From the NCBI GenBank assembly GCA_964106645.2, contig OZ067038.1: a stretch of 64,000 bases of DNA. One strand, written 5' to 3'. The notes under the pieces were generated by a model. It made no database searches. It had not been told where the DNA came from and worked only from the letters and a program-made list of their open reading frames with translations. Both the position numbers and the translations under genes were made by a program. How positions within the stretch are numbered: the stretch's first letter is position 1; the number at the start of each line of letters is the position of its first letter. Positions 1 through 53,300 of this stretch are shown one piece after another. Source of the stretch: Podarcis pityusensis. Its lineage: Eukaryota.

Positions 1-115
1 GTAGTTTGCAATGTGACGTGGTGCAAGCTGAAATCTGCTTTGTGTGGGGGGAACTTGTTGCATGATGGGTCTGTTTCCAGCCTTATTGTGTAGTTAAAAT
101 TATGTTGATCTGAAG

Positions 116-20101
<19,986 letters not shown>

Positions 20102-20534
20102 AATTGCATCAGACAGCGTGGCTGTTGAAGAGCTGTCCATCTTTAGTTTACTAAACTAGAAGTCTTCATAGTTAAGTGGCCTCATGTAGGCCTTCTGTAT
20201 ACAAACTGGTTTATGTGTATAATACAGCAGATCTTGGAGGAGGATCCAAGTCATTGTGGCACAAGTCTTTGTACATACTTTGCTTCTCTGTGAGCATTTA
20301 TTGACCGTAGAAGACTGTCTGTATTAGTTTTAGTGTACAGAGCTGTAAACAACCATTCTCTTCAATCCAGTTTCTCATAACTTTATTTGTAAAGTTGTCT
20401 TCTCTTTCTTAGCTCTTAACTCTTAGAAGCTCTTCAGTGGTTTTCCTTTTATTTTTAACAACTTCTTCTCCATATAATCCTTGAACAGTTTCTGTACGGA
20501 CGCATGGCATGAATTAACTAAGTGTCTTTTTGTA

Positions 20535-20540
20535 AATAAA
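20535..20540 (+). terminator. CKAP5 polyadenylation signal
   Basis: AATAAA about 435 nt after the stop codon, preceded by U-rich sequence. Confidence 0.7.
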
Positions 20541-23194
20541 GTTTGCATTAACTCTCTGGGAGCAGCAGTGGCTGTTGGTGAGAAATGTCCATCCATGTTC
20601 TTAGTTACAAGTGACTCAGCCTTTCTAGTTGTCCGTGAGCTGCTGTCTAAACCTTCACAGCAGATTAACTTTCATGGAGAAGCTGAGACACTAACATTGC
20701 AAGCATGCTTCAGGTTGAAGAAATCTTTGATTTCTATTGTGAGCACTGTTAGTCTTACCATGGCTTCCAGAATTGCGTGGGGCAGAGGCAAAACATTTCA
20801 CCCCCTAAAAAACCACTTTCCAAGCCCTTCTCTGTGTTTTTATCTAGTTAGCCTACAAGTGCTAGAATGCTCAGGTTCCTTTTAAGGATTTAGTTTCATC
20901 CATTTTGAGAACTGATTTTTTTAAAATGGTGGATGATCAGTATCCTACACTGAAGACATGTTGGCCTTTCCTCATATGTCAGTTGCTATACATGCTGGAG
21001 CCCAGAATATTTGCTCTTAGATATATTTTTAGCTCTGCTGTCAGCCTGAAAGTTTTGTAGTAAATGTATGATCAGTGATTGCTGCTAGTGGTTGAGAACA
21101 TAGTCTTGGGGACACTGTTTCCAAAATACATGTGTTCTCAGAAGGTGAATTATACTGTGGCAGTTGACGGTCACGTGGATGTGGTTGTGGGGAATTGTTC
21201 TGGAGGACTTGCTGCTTTTATGTATGGGTTATGCATTTGTGTGCCTCTTACAATCTGAGCTATAGCACACAGTTGTTGGAGTAATTTCTAGGTTAATCTT
21301 CTCTCCTCTGCCCCTGCCTTGGATATTTTGACATAAGTGGCATTGCACCGGCTTTAACACGCTCCCAGAAATACCAGCTCTTTCCTGTGGCTGACAGAGA
21401 TTTAATTTCATTTGCATTTCTTCGTGCTTGTTAGACGTTGATTAAATAGCATTTACTATACACCATAGTTTAGTGTTGCATCAAATCAAATTGGTTGTCT
21501 TTATAAACTTTGTTGGTCATTGTGTACACATTATGATGTGTATGCTGATTTGGAAGCGATGCCCATAAGAGGGTGCATCCCAGTGTGTGCATTATTTGCC
21601 TTCTGGGAGGACTCTGCACACTTCCCATTGTTAACTTGCAGTTTTTTTCAGTGGATGCCACTTCATATTGAATCAGCTGCCTTAGGTAGGGCTATGAAAG
21701 ATTGAATCAGCACCTGTCAGCCACATCATTCTATAGCACTTTGGTGTGCCTTGCAGTGGTGCAAAATGCATACAGTTTGTGGGGCTCTGAGTTGCTGCTT
21801 GTGGCATCTAGTGATAGCCTCCTCTTGTAGCTGATGCCCTGTTCCTTACTCTTATGTTGGAGCTCACACTGGTATAGTAAGTGCTAGGAACGGAGAGGTA
21901 ATGGTCATTAGAAATACAATTTGCAGGGGGTGTGTATGTGTGTCATTAGTGAGATTTGGAAATGCAATGAAGTCTCTGGCAAACTTTGTTTTCTCTAAAA
22001 AGATGCTCTCCCCACCACTAGGTGTGGCTTTAGTTTTGATACATTCTCCCCTTACAGTGCTGGTTTCAGAAATGCCCTATTTAAGCCACGTTTAGCTTAA
22101 CCTAGAGCCAATGGAAATGTTTCTACAGTATGTTTGAATAAATGTTACATTTTACTACTAAAATTCTCTGTACTCCCTTAGTCTTGGTGATCTACCGATG
22201 ATAGGTATTCAAGGAGAACTAGCTCCTTTGCCTACCTGTGTCTGAAAGGACAATGCCTGATCAGCATTAGTATAAATAACAGGTTTTTTATGAATATAAA
22301 CTATCTTAAGGCGTATGCACCATATTCTAATAGCACATCCGAAGCACATTCTTTCCTTCAAAGAATTCTGGGCAGTGTAGTTTATTGCTGCCCGATTTAC
22401 AATTCTCAGCAACCCATAACAAATAGGGCCCAAAATTCTTTGAGGCGGGAAATTAAAGATATAGTACGTAGGCAACCTTTGTCAATATTCATGGAATTTG
22501 ACTAGTTTTCTCCATTGTATCTTTTTATGATGCCTCACTTAGAAATGGTTCTTGCTGTAGAAAAGGCTCGATTTAACAGCCGTGGCAATGGTGGGGTACA
22601 TTTCTTTGCTTGCAGACACTACTGTTTTTTGTTTAATGGGATTGAATAAAACTGCATGCCACAGCAACCACACCAAAGAACACACAAGCTGCCCTTTGGT
22701 TTACTCCCATGAATATCATAGAGTGGTGCTTGTAGTTTCACTCTGAACTTTGAACTATATTTTTTGTATTGAAATTGCTGGAAGAAAACATACTTCAATC
22801 AAAATGTATCTGCTTTCTCCCCAGAGCCCCAAAACCGGTGAACTATAGGCAACTTCTTTTACTTTCTCCTTTTTGAAGGCAAAAACGGAGGCTAAGTGCA
22901 CTCCTACCTTTGTTACTCTAAGATAAATAAGGCCACATAACTTACAGCTTCTTATGCTAAGGTTGTAACCCTAGCCACACTTGAGGATTTCCCATTGTAT
23001 ATTGTGAGGCTTGATTCTAAAAGATCCTGCATAGGGTTATCCTGCACAGCTATTTAACTTGCTCATTCAACCAGATGCAGTACATTCACCTTAGTCACAG
23101 TTTTGCTTTGCTAACTTTACATGTAGTACCTGTACTGCTAAGTTCACTTTTTTGCAATTGACAACAAAGGAGATTGAGTACTTGGTCCAGAACC

Positions 23195-23200
23195 TTTATT
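23195..23200 (-). terminator. F2 polyadenylation signal
   Basis: AATAAA about 110 nt after the stop codon, with downstream CTTTGTTGT. Confidence 0.8.
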
Positions 23201-23309
23201 GAGGTTTGTGCCAAAATACGTTTCCTTCCTTAGGCTTTTAGTTACCTGTCATGTTTGACCAGTATACATACATCTCTAAATCACTGTGCAGGTGCTGAGC
23301 TTAAGTTCT

Positions 23310-43477
<20,168 letters not shown>

Positions 43478-43545
43478 TGCGTGTGCGCCTGACTGCAGGA
43501 AGATTGCAGAGGAAATGGATGAAGAATGATTGCAGCCCAGCCTGG

Positions 43546-43558
43546 GTTAATGTTGAAC
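43546..43558 (-). promoter_or_regulatory. HNF1-like site in the F2 proximal promoter
   Basis: GTTCAACATTAAC vs consensus GTTAATNATTAAC (2 mismatches), about 70 bp upstream of the ATG of a liver gene. Confidence 0.55.
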
Positions 43559-44774
43559 CAGGATGAAGAAACAGGAACCAGGTCACAGTATGTCAGGGAC
43601 AGTAAGTTTGAAGATCTCACTATCTCACCCATCCTGGTTTTTCTCTCCCTCCCTTGCATTTTTGCTTTCAGGTGCCTTGGTGGCACAAGCAACCAATGGA
43701 ATAAGAACAATTCCATCCACACATTTAGATTGTTTGTGGTCTCAGAACACCAAATAAACATGGACTGATATTAGGAAACAATATGCACGTCTTATTATTA
43801 CGGCATTATTTCATAAAGCAGAGGACATTTGGCTATCCTGGCTTAAAATAAGGGAACTGCCATTTGTTTAGAAAATCCTCCTGTTGCAGATATTTAATCC
43901 AGATGCCAAAAGGTCTATTCCCTGTCTTTACTTCTGTGATCCTGTTCTAGAATACACCGAGAGACTGAATTTCTTCTCCTTTCCACAATTTATAATTCTT
44001 TGATTCTTGGATGTCTCTCAGCAAAAATCCAATGAGATCCCCATGACTCCTTTCTGAATGACCAAAGAGAGGTGCTTGATTATACATGTGTTGGAGAGGA
44101 GTCCAAGAAGTCAGTACAAATGGAAGATACCAAGGAGTCAAGTCATTAAATATTTGCGTCCTGTTTCAGTTCATTTGTATTTTTTAAATTTTCCCCGTTT
44201 AATTGTGGTTTGGACATAAATGAACTTGAAACAAATATTTGGTATATTGACCAGCCACTTTTAATGGGTAAACGTAATTTTCAAACAGATGCATGTCATA
44301 AACTCTTCAAGATTGTAGTGCAAGTCCTGTAAGGTAAATACAGATGAATAATTATTGTATTCACTGAACACGATATTCAATATTCATTGAATACAATATA
44401 CAAAATTGAATACAAAAACTTCATTGGGTTCAAATGGGTATGGAAAGGCAGCTAAACTCAAAGGCCCAGAGCACCTTTCAAATGAAGATAGGCTTGAGAA
44501 CATGGGGTTTTACTTTAAGAAGGAACACAGAAGTTTGTAAAATCATGATTGCTTGGAGTGAGCAGCTAGAGCGAAATGTCTTCTGTTTTCATAACACTTA
44601 TGTACACTCAGTGTAGCTGACAGACTAGGTGCAGGACTTAAAAAGGAAGCACTTTTTCACACATAATGTAAGACAATAAGATGTGGAGATAGTCACTAGC
44701 ACCTTGGCAACTTCTTAAAAGGATTAGGCAAATTAATAAAGGCAAGGTTCATCAAAGTCTATTTTAGTTAAATG

Positions 44775-44908
44775 CAGTGCTATTTTTCAAGAAAAAGAGG
44801 TGCCAGAACTCACCATGAATGCCTCCCTCATTCTCTTAGATAGCAAAGGCACCCACCTGACATATGCCAGAACTGAGTTCAAGTGAGTTCCCCCTGAAAA
44901 TAGCCCTG
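44775..44908. mobile_element. hAT-type MITE
   Basis: CAGTGCTATTTT...AAAATAGCCCTG; TSD G(T/C)TAAATG; sibling of 61819-61948. Confidence 0.8.
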
Positions 44909-45760
44909 GCTAAATGGAACCTTCATTTTCAGGGGCAGCACAGCTCTGACTATCAGATGAAGAAAACACCCCAGAGTGACTATTACCTTGCTTTTGAGCT
45001 TCTAGAGACATCTGGCTGGCTAGTAGAAACAGAATGCTGGACTTGATAAATCCAGCAAAGCAATTATTATCTTCAAATTTATTGAGATGAGTCTCATTGA
45101 TAAAATAATTAAATTAGGAGCCAGTACAGTTAGATATTGAAAGGCCATAATCTGAGCCGTATACTCTTGATCAAAAGAAATTAGCAACATCAAATTCATC
45201 ACTTGGAATTTAGGTCTTTGGAGATTCCAAATTAGTCCACCGTTTAGTAAAACAGGTCCCTACCCCGTCCTCATCTGAGACAAACTGTAAGAGTAGGAGG
45301 AGCTTAGAGAACTATCAATCTCAGCCCCCTTTCTCTTGCTCTTCTCTGTCTCTCTTCTGTAATGGTCTTCTAGTCAGTATTTGTTATCTCCATGGTACGC
45401 AAGTAAATATTAGCATTAGGGTAGCTGGGAAGTGACTCTTTGGCCACTTGTACAAAGAGCAATTGCACAGTCCCCACCTCCAACAGATTGCAGAGTTTGA
45501 AGAACACAGAGTCTCTTTCTAACACACAACAAAGCAGAGAGATTTGAGAAATGTCCAGTTCTGGGTCTAGCTTACTGGGATATTTAGGCAGAGCCTGAGT
45601 TCAACCACAGGAGAACATGCAGACAAAGAGTTCTGGCCCATGTATGAAGGGAAACTTTTGAAGAACATTCACAAGCTGTCAAGACTACAACACTGATTCC
45701 TGTAACATCTTCTCAAACCTGAACCTTTGTGAAGGCTGAGATCAGACTAGTAGCCCTCCT

Positions 45761-46000
45761 TAGTGGTTAAGAGCGGTAGTCTCATAATCTGGGGAACCGG
45801 GTTCGCATCTCCGCTCCTCCACATGCAGCTGCTGGGTGACCTTGGGCCAGTCACACTTCTTTGAAGTCTCTCAGCCCCACTGACCTCACAGAGTGTTTGT
45901 TGTGGGGAGGAAGGGAAAGGAGAATGTTAGCCGCTTTGAGACTTCTGAAGGGGAGTGATAAGGCGGGATATAAAATCCAAACTCTTCTCTTCTTCTTCTT
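45761..46000 (+). mobile_element. tRNA-derived SINE with (CTT)n tail (Squam3-like)
   Basis: TAGTGGTTAAG A-box remnant, GGTTCGCATCT B box, CTT tail; second copy at 24758-25010. Confidence 0.87.
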
Positions 46001-48697
46001 AGTTCAGCATTTCTAACTTCCTGAACAAGTCCCCTTTTCACCTTATAACATCTGCTACAATCTCTTTCCCATTCCTACATACAGATCTAGTAAATATTAA
46101 TAACTGCCAATCCATCAGGTTGCAGCAGAAAGAAAGATGGGAAGCAGGGCCACTCAATTATCTCAGATGAGAGGCTATCTCCATTTGGCTCCACCTCTCC
46201 TTGACCTGTTTACATTCAGGCTGGTCTTTGCAATAACTTTGTAACTTAAAAACTGGTACCCAAGTTTGCTTAATTCTCGCCACCTTCTAAACATGACACA
46301 AAAGATAGTAAACTATCTTGTGTGTTCGAGCTCTTACATAAGTGGCTCAAAGAGTTTTTTTGTCTGAGGCATTATCACAGGACCTCCAACCCCTTGTTTT
46401 CCAACCATGTGTATCATGCAAACAAGTGCATATGCTTAAAAGACTGGCGTAAGACACCTCCCTCCAAACCGTGATTGGTTGGGATCAGCGCAACCAACAA
46501 ACGTGCTTGACACCACATCAGCAATGACAGAAGATTGATATTTTGACTCATGCTCGGATTTCTTGGGTTTTGGCATCAGGAAGTCACTTTGCAGCTGTGT
46601 CAATATTGATTCATGCAAAAGCTCTCTTGGAAAAGACAAAAAACATACATGCCAACCATTCTAGATCACTGCTCCAAATCCTACTGCCTCAAAAGACTGC
46701 TTCCTTTGTGATTGCTTGTAAATGTACCACTGGGTGAGCCCAACAATAGGAAGTCAGTACTGTAATCTCAAGCATCTGTTTACTTTATCAAAATGGTTTG
46801 GAAATGTGGGGGTAGCAGAGACATAAGAAAAGCAACAAGTGTAGTTATGTGACCTATTGGTACCAGAACCAAATGACAGCTGGCCCATCCTAAGTATCCA
46901 AGAAGGAAGCATGTGGTAAATGAACATCACTTTGCAGAGGCTGTGACCATATAATAAATGATATTGTTGACAATGGGAGCCACCTAGTGAATGAATAAAC
47001 CCAAGTGCAAATCTCAATATATTTTCTGGAAATAGCAAAGCACTAAGGAAGGACTGTTAAAATGTCATATTGGACCACAGACACTCGCAATCCAATTTCT
47101 ACCCAGCCGTGAAGTTTTGATTTGGCTTTGGGCAATTCAGACTCTCTTGGCTCAGTTTCCTATGTGTTAAAATACCCGACTGGCCTATCACCACAGGATG
47201 CTGGGAAGAAGAAAATTACTCTCAAGTAGTGAATACAACCGCATAAAGTGATATAAAAATGGAAAATAAAAAAATTCCCATCCAACATTAATTCAAATTA
47301 GCTTGGACCAAAACTACTAACTATACATTGCAACACTATGGTGCAACATGACCTCCTGACAGGAAGTCTGTGATACTCACTGTCAAGGAAAAGCTAAACA
47401 AAACAAAAGTAGAAAATTTGGCAAAGTACTATGTTGAAACGAGACAATGTAATTAAGCAACATTTTCATTTGTCATTGTTTTTATATACTGCAATGAAAT
47501 GCATTACAGGCATAGCAAAGCTCTTCCTCATTGATTTACTTTCATGTGAATGAAAACTGTCACCATTTGAATCTTGCTCCTGCAGTATGAAGTGGTCTAA
47601 TCCAGCAACACATGTATCATATGCAACTGCTGAGATGATATTTACCAGATCCAATGAATTGGTTTGATTTTAAAAGCAAACCTTTGGATTACAGTTGCAG
47701 CCACTCGGGATCTACAATTCTCACTCAGATTGCAATGTGTTGACTTGGGCAAAACCCAAACACTGTCTTGGTAGGTATCAAACAAATGTCTCTGGGCAGT
47801 CAGGACCCCACATCATGGTAATAATATACATAGCCAACAACCACAATTTGGCTAGATTGCATGGTGACTATCACAGCATCACCAGCACAAGCCCATGGAG
47901 AGGTATAACTGGCAAAAGAAACACCTATATGTTCTGTCTGAGTCACACGATTGACTGCATGTGCTATCACAATATTTTTGAGAGCTGCTTACATCACCAA
48001 GCTAATGTGGGAGTTGGATCTTAGCCAATGTTGTCGTTAGCTGTAATTAAAGCAGGCATCTGATGGCTTCATCCCCTACTCAGATTCAGCAAGTATCAAG
48101 TTAAAGCACATCTAAGCACAGTTTGGGCAAATGAGTCAGGAGCAGTAGCTTCCTGTTATTTATACCTTTGAAGCTAAAGAACTTTGAACCCTCACTGGTG
48201 TTGACATAATCCTTGCACACCTCAGAAAATTGTTGGAAGTTCCTGCTCTTTTACTTTAAAAAAAGATATACTTCCATACTTTCTACTGCATTAATTTTTG
48301 GACCATATGTGCATAACCATGTGGAAATCTGCAGACTCTTCACCACTCAGTCAGTTTTGCCACGTTTTCACTAAACATATGTAACACACAAGCAGAACTG
48401 GTACAGTTCCTGACACTGGATCAATTTGAAACAAATTCTGATAGTATAGAAGAGATGCTTAGTGAAGGTTTTCTTCCAGGCATAACCTCATCTATCAGGC
48501 TTTTGCCCAAGCTTACGGGCTTTGGAAATGATGGTGGGAATCCAGCCATAGCCTTGGCCAAACTGAAGTCACCTATTCCCTTCTAAACATCCCAGTATAT
48601 ATTTCATAACCCACATGCTGTTTTCTTGCAAACACATAGAAAGAGCACATTTAGACTTCCAAAGATGTTTTAATGCTATTTGCAAAAAGATTGACAG

Positions 48698-50394
48698 TCA
48701 TGTCCCCACCTCCACCTCCACCACCTCTGCCACTGTGCTAAAACTGACATCCTCTTGAATAATGAACATGTCACTGGCGGAGCCCTGCTCCTGCACAATG
48801 ATGCATTCTTTCTCTGTGTCCGAGACAGCAATCTCAATGACGTTCTTGTGCTTGGCAGAGCTCTGCTGTGCAGTAACATAGTGCCCATCATTGGTGATAA
48901 GGAGCTCTGTGTGGTTTCCAGGCCCTGCCCTGTCCACAGAGTGCACTACCAGCACAGCTGGCTGCTCTGAAGCTGGCAGCTCCTGGGGGGCTTTCGTGCC
49001 CCTTTTGGATGGATCCCCTTCTAGGTTTCCTTTGTGCTCAAGCTGGTGACGTCGCAGGCTCTGGGGGAGGGCGTAGCCCATGCCACAAATTTGGCACTGG
49101 TGCGGCTTGTCAGCGTGGTGGGCTTTCTGGTGGCGTCGCAATTTTGTGGCCAGAGGATAGGATTTGGGGCACAGATGGCAGCGGAAAGGGCGCTCGCCTG
49201 TGTGCAAACGTTCGTGAGCCCGTAACGTGTGGGGATCACGCAGTGCTTTCCCACACACTGTGCACAGGTGAGCCTCACCTGTGTGGGAGATCAGGTGACG
49301 GCGCAGCTCAGGGCGCTGCGGGAAGGCATCTCCACAGAAGTGGCAGCGGTAAGGGCGCTCCCCTGTATGCAACCGAAGGTGCCCACGGAGATTGCCCTGC
49401 TGGCGGAAAGACTTGGGGCAGTAGGGGCAGGTATATGGGCGTTCCCCTGTGTGCAGCCGCATATGGTTGCGCAATGACCCAGGGTTGGCCAGCTGCCGCT
49501 CACATATCACACACTGGCAGGCGGCGGCAGCAGATGGCCTTGGCTCCTTAGCCTGGTGGGTTTTGCGATGGATCCGAAGAGAGGGCCGACGGGCAAAGGA
49601 TTTCCCACAGTCAGGGCATACAAAAGGGCGCTGGCCCGTGTGCAGCACCTGGTGTTCTTGAAGGTCCCGTTTGGTGCCGTAACTCTTGTGGCACTGTGGG
49701 CAGGGGAATGGCCGCACCCCTCGGTGGCCCAGTGTGTGCGCTTTAAAGCTTTCTTCCGAGCTATAGCTCTTGCCACACTCTGTGCACAGGAATGGTTTGT
49801 GATCAGTGTGCACAAAGTGGTGCTTCTTCAGGTGGCAAAGCTGCAGGAAGGCTTTGCCACACTCTTCACACCGGTATCGTCGCTCGTGGTCTGCCTCCTT
49901 GAGCTGTGGAGCACCACCCATGTTGCTTGGAGACACTTCCTCCTGCTTGGGATTTTCACTCTGCTCCTCTGCCCTGGGTGTAGACATGGCACATCCACTG
50001 GGGGCTCCTTCAGCACAAGATTGGCCCCTCAACACCTCCACCTTCTCAGCCAAGTGAGGACTGGGTTGAATTGCATTGGATGGGGGCGGCTGTGAACACA
50101 TGTCAGTCAGTTTTACCTTGGATAGTGTCTCATTCACTTGCTCTGTTTGAGGATGCAGCACACCATATTCTTTACTTCCACCCTCCTCCGCCACAGAGCA
50201 CCTCACAAAGGGCTGCTTCTCTCCATGCTGCTCCTTGGAGTCCCTGAGCTCATGTTGCAGGAACCCATCTTCATTCCTTTTCTTGTGATCATTTTCCAGG
50301 CCAGGAGGTTGCTTGACTGGCAGCTTCTTATCCAGCAAAGGAAGACAATGGGCTCTGGCTTTCTGCTCCACAACCTTGGGGATATCAAGAGCAC
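48698..50394 (-). CDS. ZNF408: ZNF408 last exon, 10 C2H2 fingers
   Basis: ttgcag acceptor; ten CxxC...HxxxH repeats, several with TGERP linkers. Confidence 0.96.
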
Positions 50395-53300
50395 CTGCAA
50401 TTTGAACCAGTAACCATTAGCTCCCTTAACAAAGAAAACAAAGTAATTATTGACACTTCAAGGTGAGACCTCTGTTTCTATGCACTGCTCCACTCCCCAC
50501 CCACTGCCTCAGTCATGCTGAACAGAGATCTTTTGCTGAGCACAGAGGCTTGAGAAGTCCCACTAGTTATCAAAGCAGTGCTTCTGCGAATTGAAACATA
50601 GCTGGTTATAGCTAGGGAACTCTGCTTGAATTTAAATATTCTAAAAGTTTAGAATTTGGGGAGGAATATTTCAGTATCTTCTGTAAGGCTCACTTTGGAA
50701 GCACAGCTTCCTTAATCTTTTTGATGCAAATTGGATTTCTCTGAAGTGCTTTACTACATAACTTAGAATGAGGTTACAGAAATGTGTAGAAACAGCAAAT
50801 TTCAACACTCTTATCATTTGTAATCTTTGCTGTTTTCTTTAGAAAGCAAGAATTGCAAACTAAAACAGCTTATCCACACAGTCACAATACCAGGGACCTG
50901 TGTTTCTCCCTTATTCACAACAAGCAGAGTTACCTTGAGCAGTTTAATTCACCTAAGAAAATTCTTAAGGAAACAGACATGGATATAGAATGTCATAGGG
51001 AAATGAAGTTCTGTGTACACAATTGTGTGTGAGGAAACAGAGATAGTAAGAAGCCTGACTGATTCTACCATTATAGACAGGAGTTGCCCACATATCTGAA
51101 AGGGCCAGGAACATAAGTAACTAAATAGGCTCCTCACAGTGTATGAACATGCAAATAACCGTAACTTAAAAGAAGGAACCATAATCTGTGCACTGCACCT
51201 AAAGTCAGGCATCTGGATTCTGCATCAAGAGCTGAAGCTTAAAGTCTGAATTACAATAATTCTTAGTGCCCCCACCAAACTACAACTCTCAAAGATTATT
51301 TGTGGGTACCCATGATTGCTAAAATGGTATAAAACTAACATAAGCTTCTAGTGCAGACATACCCTCAGATATCTGATCAAATGTACTCTGGCATGATAAA
51401 CATTCTGATTCACCATGTGCACTTCTCAAAGAAATCGCCTCCTCCAGCACTGCAATAAAATAGCAAAGCACTGTTTGCAAGGGTGGGGCTGGCCAGTGCT
51501 GTTGAGCAAAATAAAGGTCACTGGCTAGAGGAGTGGACATTGGCCTGAGTTCCACTTCTGCCTGGCTGTGGGCTGATTGAATTGTCCTGGGCAAGAATAT
51601 GCTTCCACACTTGGTTCCCATTCTCTGTACTTGGGATGCCGAAAGCCAGCCTCTCAGGGGATTGTGCCCTGAAAGCACTGAAGAAATATTCCTTATTCAC
51701 AGCAAGAGAGTGTATACATTCTGAACAAGTTGCCTCCCACAGTATCATTTGAAGGAAAAAAAGGAGCCCCTAACTTTCAAGTTAAAATATTACTATCAGT
51801 CTGAGTTTGTTCACAGATGACAATTTAGGTCTGTGAAAATCAAATCATGTACCATAAACTCTTTTTGTGAAAGGAAGGACAAAACACAGGGTGCTTCAAC
51901 TACAGTTGCCTGCGTGTGCAGAGTTTGGCAATGGAGTTCTTTGCTTAAGGAACATGCATGTTTCTATTACCAAGTATGTTAAGTCATTTTTTTAAAGAAT
52001 AAAAACCCTTCCTGTTTCCGATGCTGCTTAAATCACCAGTGATACCCCCTTCTGACTAAGATTCTAGGAATTCAGGTACAGTACCTGCAAAGGAATCTAT
52101 TGCATCGCCATCTAGGGAAGCATCTCCTTTCTGTGTCAAAGTCTCTGCTTCCACAGTGGTGGTCTTAGCTAGCTGCTCCTCTACCATTTTCCTCTTTGCG
52201 ACAAATACCCCATCTGATATATTTGTTGGTGCATTCTTTTCCAGGCAAGCAGGACTGGCCTCTGCTAACCAGTACAGCAATTCAGTGCCAGCAGCAATGG
52301 GACAGGATACTCTGATGTGGAGCTCCCCATTGATCCAAACTAATGCCACATTTGCCTCATCTTTATCCCGGCTTTGCTTCACCAAGCTGTAAAACACATT
52401 ATGCCAAGCATCAGTATCCAATATGGGCTTTGTCCGAAGTACAGGGGCATGACAAGGCTCTAGAGAGGCAGTGCAGGTGGGTGTTATGCAAGACTGAAGG
52501 GGGCCTCAGACAGGTCTATCAACTAATATGTCTATAGATCCTGACGGTTTTTTTTGAGCAGACTCCTAGGAAAAGTTAATTCAGAATACTTTTTCTGAAG
52601 TTACCTTTTGTTGAGACAGATTTATGAGTCCATCTAACTCAGCATTGTTCACATACAATGACTGGTAGTAGTTCTCCAGAATTTTAGGCAGGGGTCCTCC
52701 TTAGCGGTACAGTGATTGAACCTTTAAACTTTCCTGAAAGCAGTTTATGAAACCATACAGGTAACAAAACACCTAGTTCAAACAAAATGGATTCTGATAG
52801 TGGCCATGCAAGAGTACTGATTAAGGGTACAAAAGACTTGCGGGTGCTTCAAGGTTTGTTATATTTAAAGTCACATATAGGACATTTAATCAGCACAAAA
52901 TTGTTGGCTCATGACTGATTGGTCAAATTGCCCTCTCCAAAGGCTAAATGAATATATTTAGATTTACCATCCTATTTTTTAGAAAGATGAATAATTATTT
53001 AAGAGATCTTTGTTAAACTGAATAGAAATTTATTGCTAGCTGCAAAATATTGAGTTGTATTCAATTAAGTCCAGGCAGAACAGAGCCAATGAAATTAATG
53101 AGCCCAATTGAGTCAAGTCCATTAATGTAATGGACCACTGGTCATAGTGGCTAGATCTGGGGGGAGTTGCAGTCCAAATTTGGGAGGGATTATTCCTTTG
53201 TTTTTAGATCAGGGGTGGGGAACCTCCAGGCTGAAGACCAGATTTTGACTGCCAAAGGTTCCAGTTTGGCCCAGAAGGCAGTTCTCCCCAAATTACACCC

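Noticed and set aside
46436-46639. Orphan minus-strand exon between ZNF408 and F2 (67-aa ORF with an acceptor-like tract)
   Set aside because: No recognisable homology, no convincing donor or partner exons, and this length is expected by chance.
48755-50413. Plus-strand ORFs up to 180 aa
   Set aside because: Antisense shadows of the ZNF408 zinc-finger exon.
52500-52570. Alternative ZNF408 exon with a good acceptor
   Set aside because: Stops occur in all three frames before any credible donor; exon 54591-54530 fits the phases instead.
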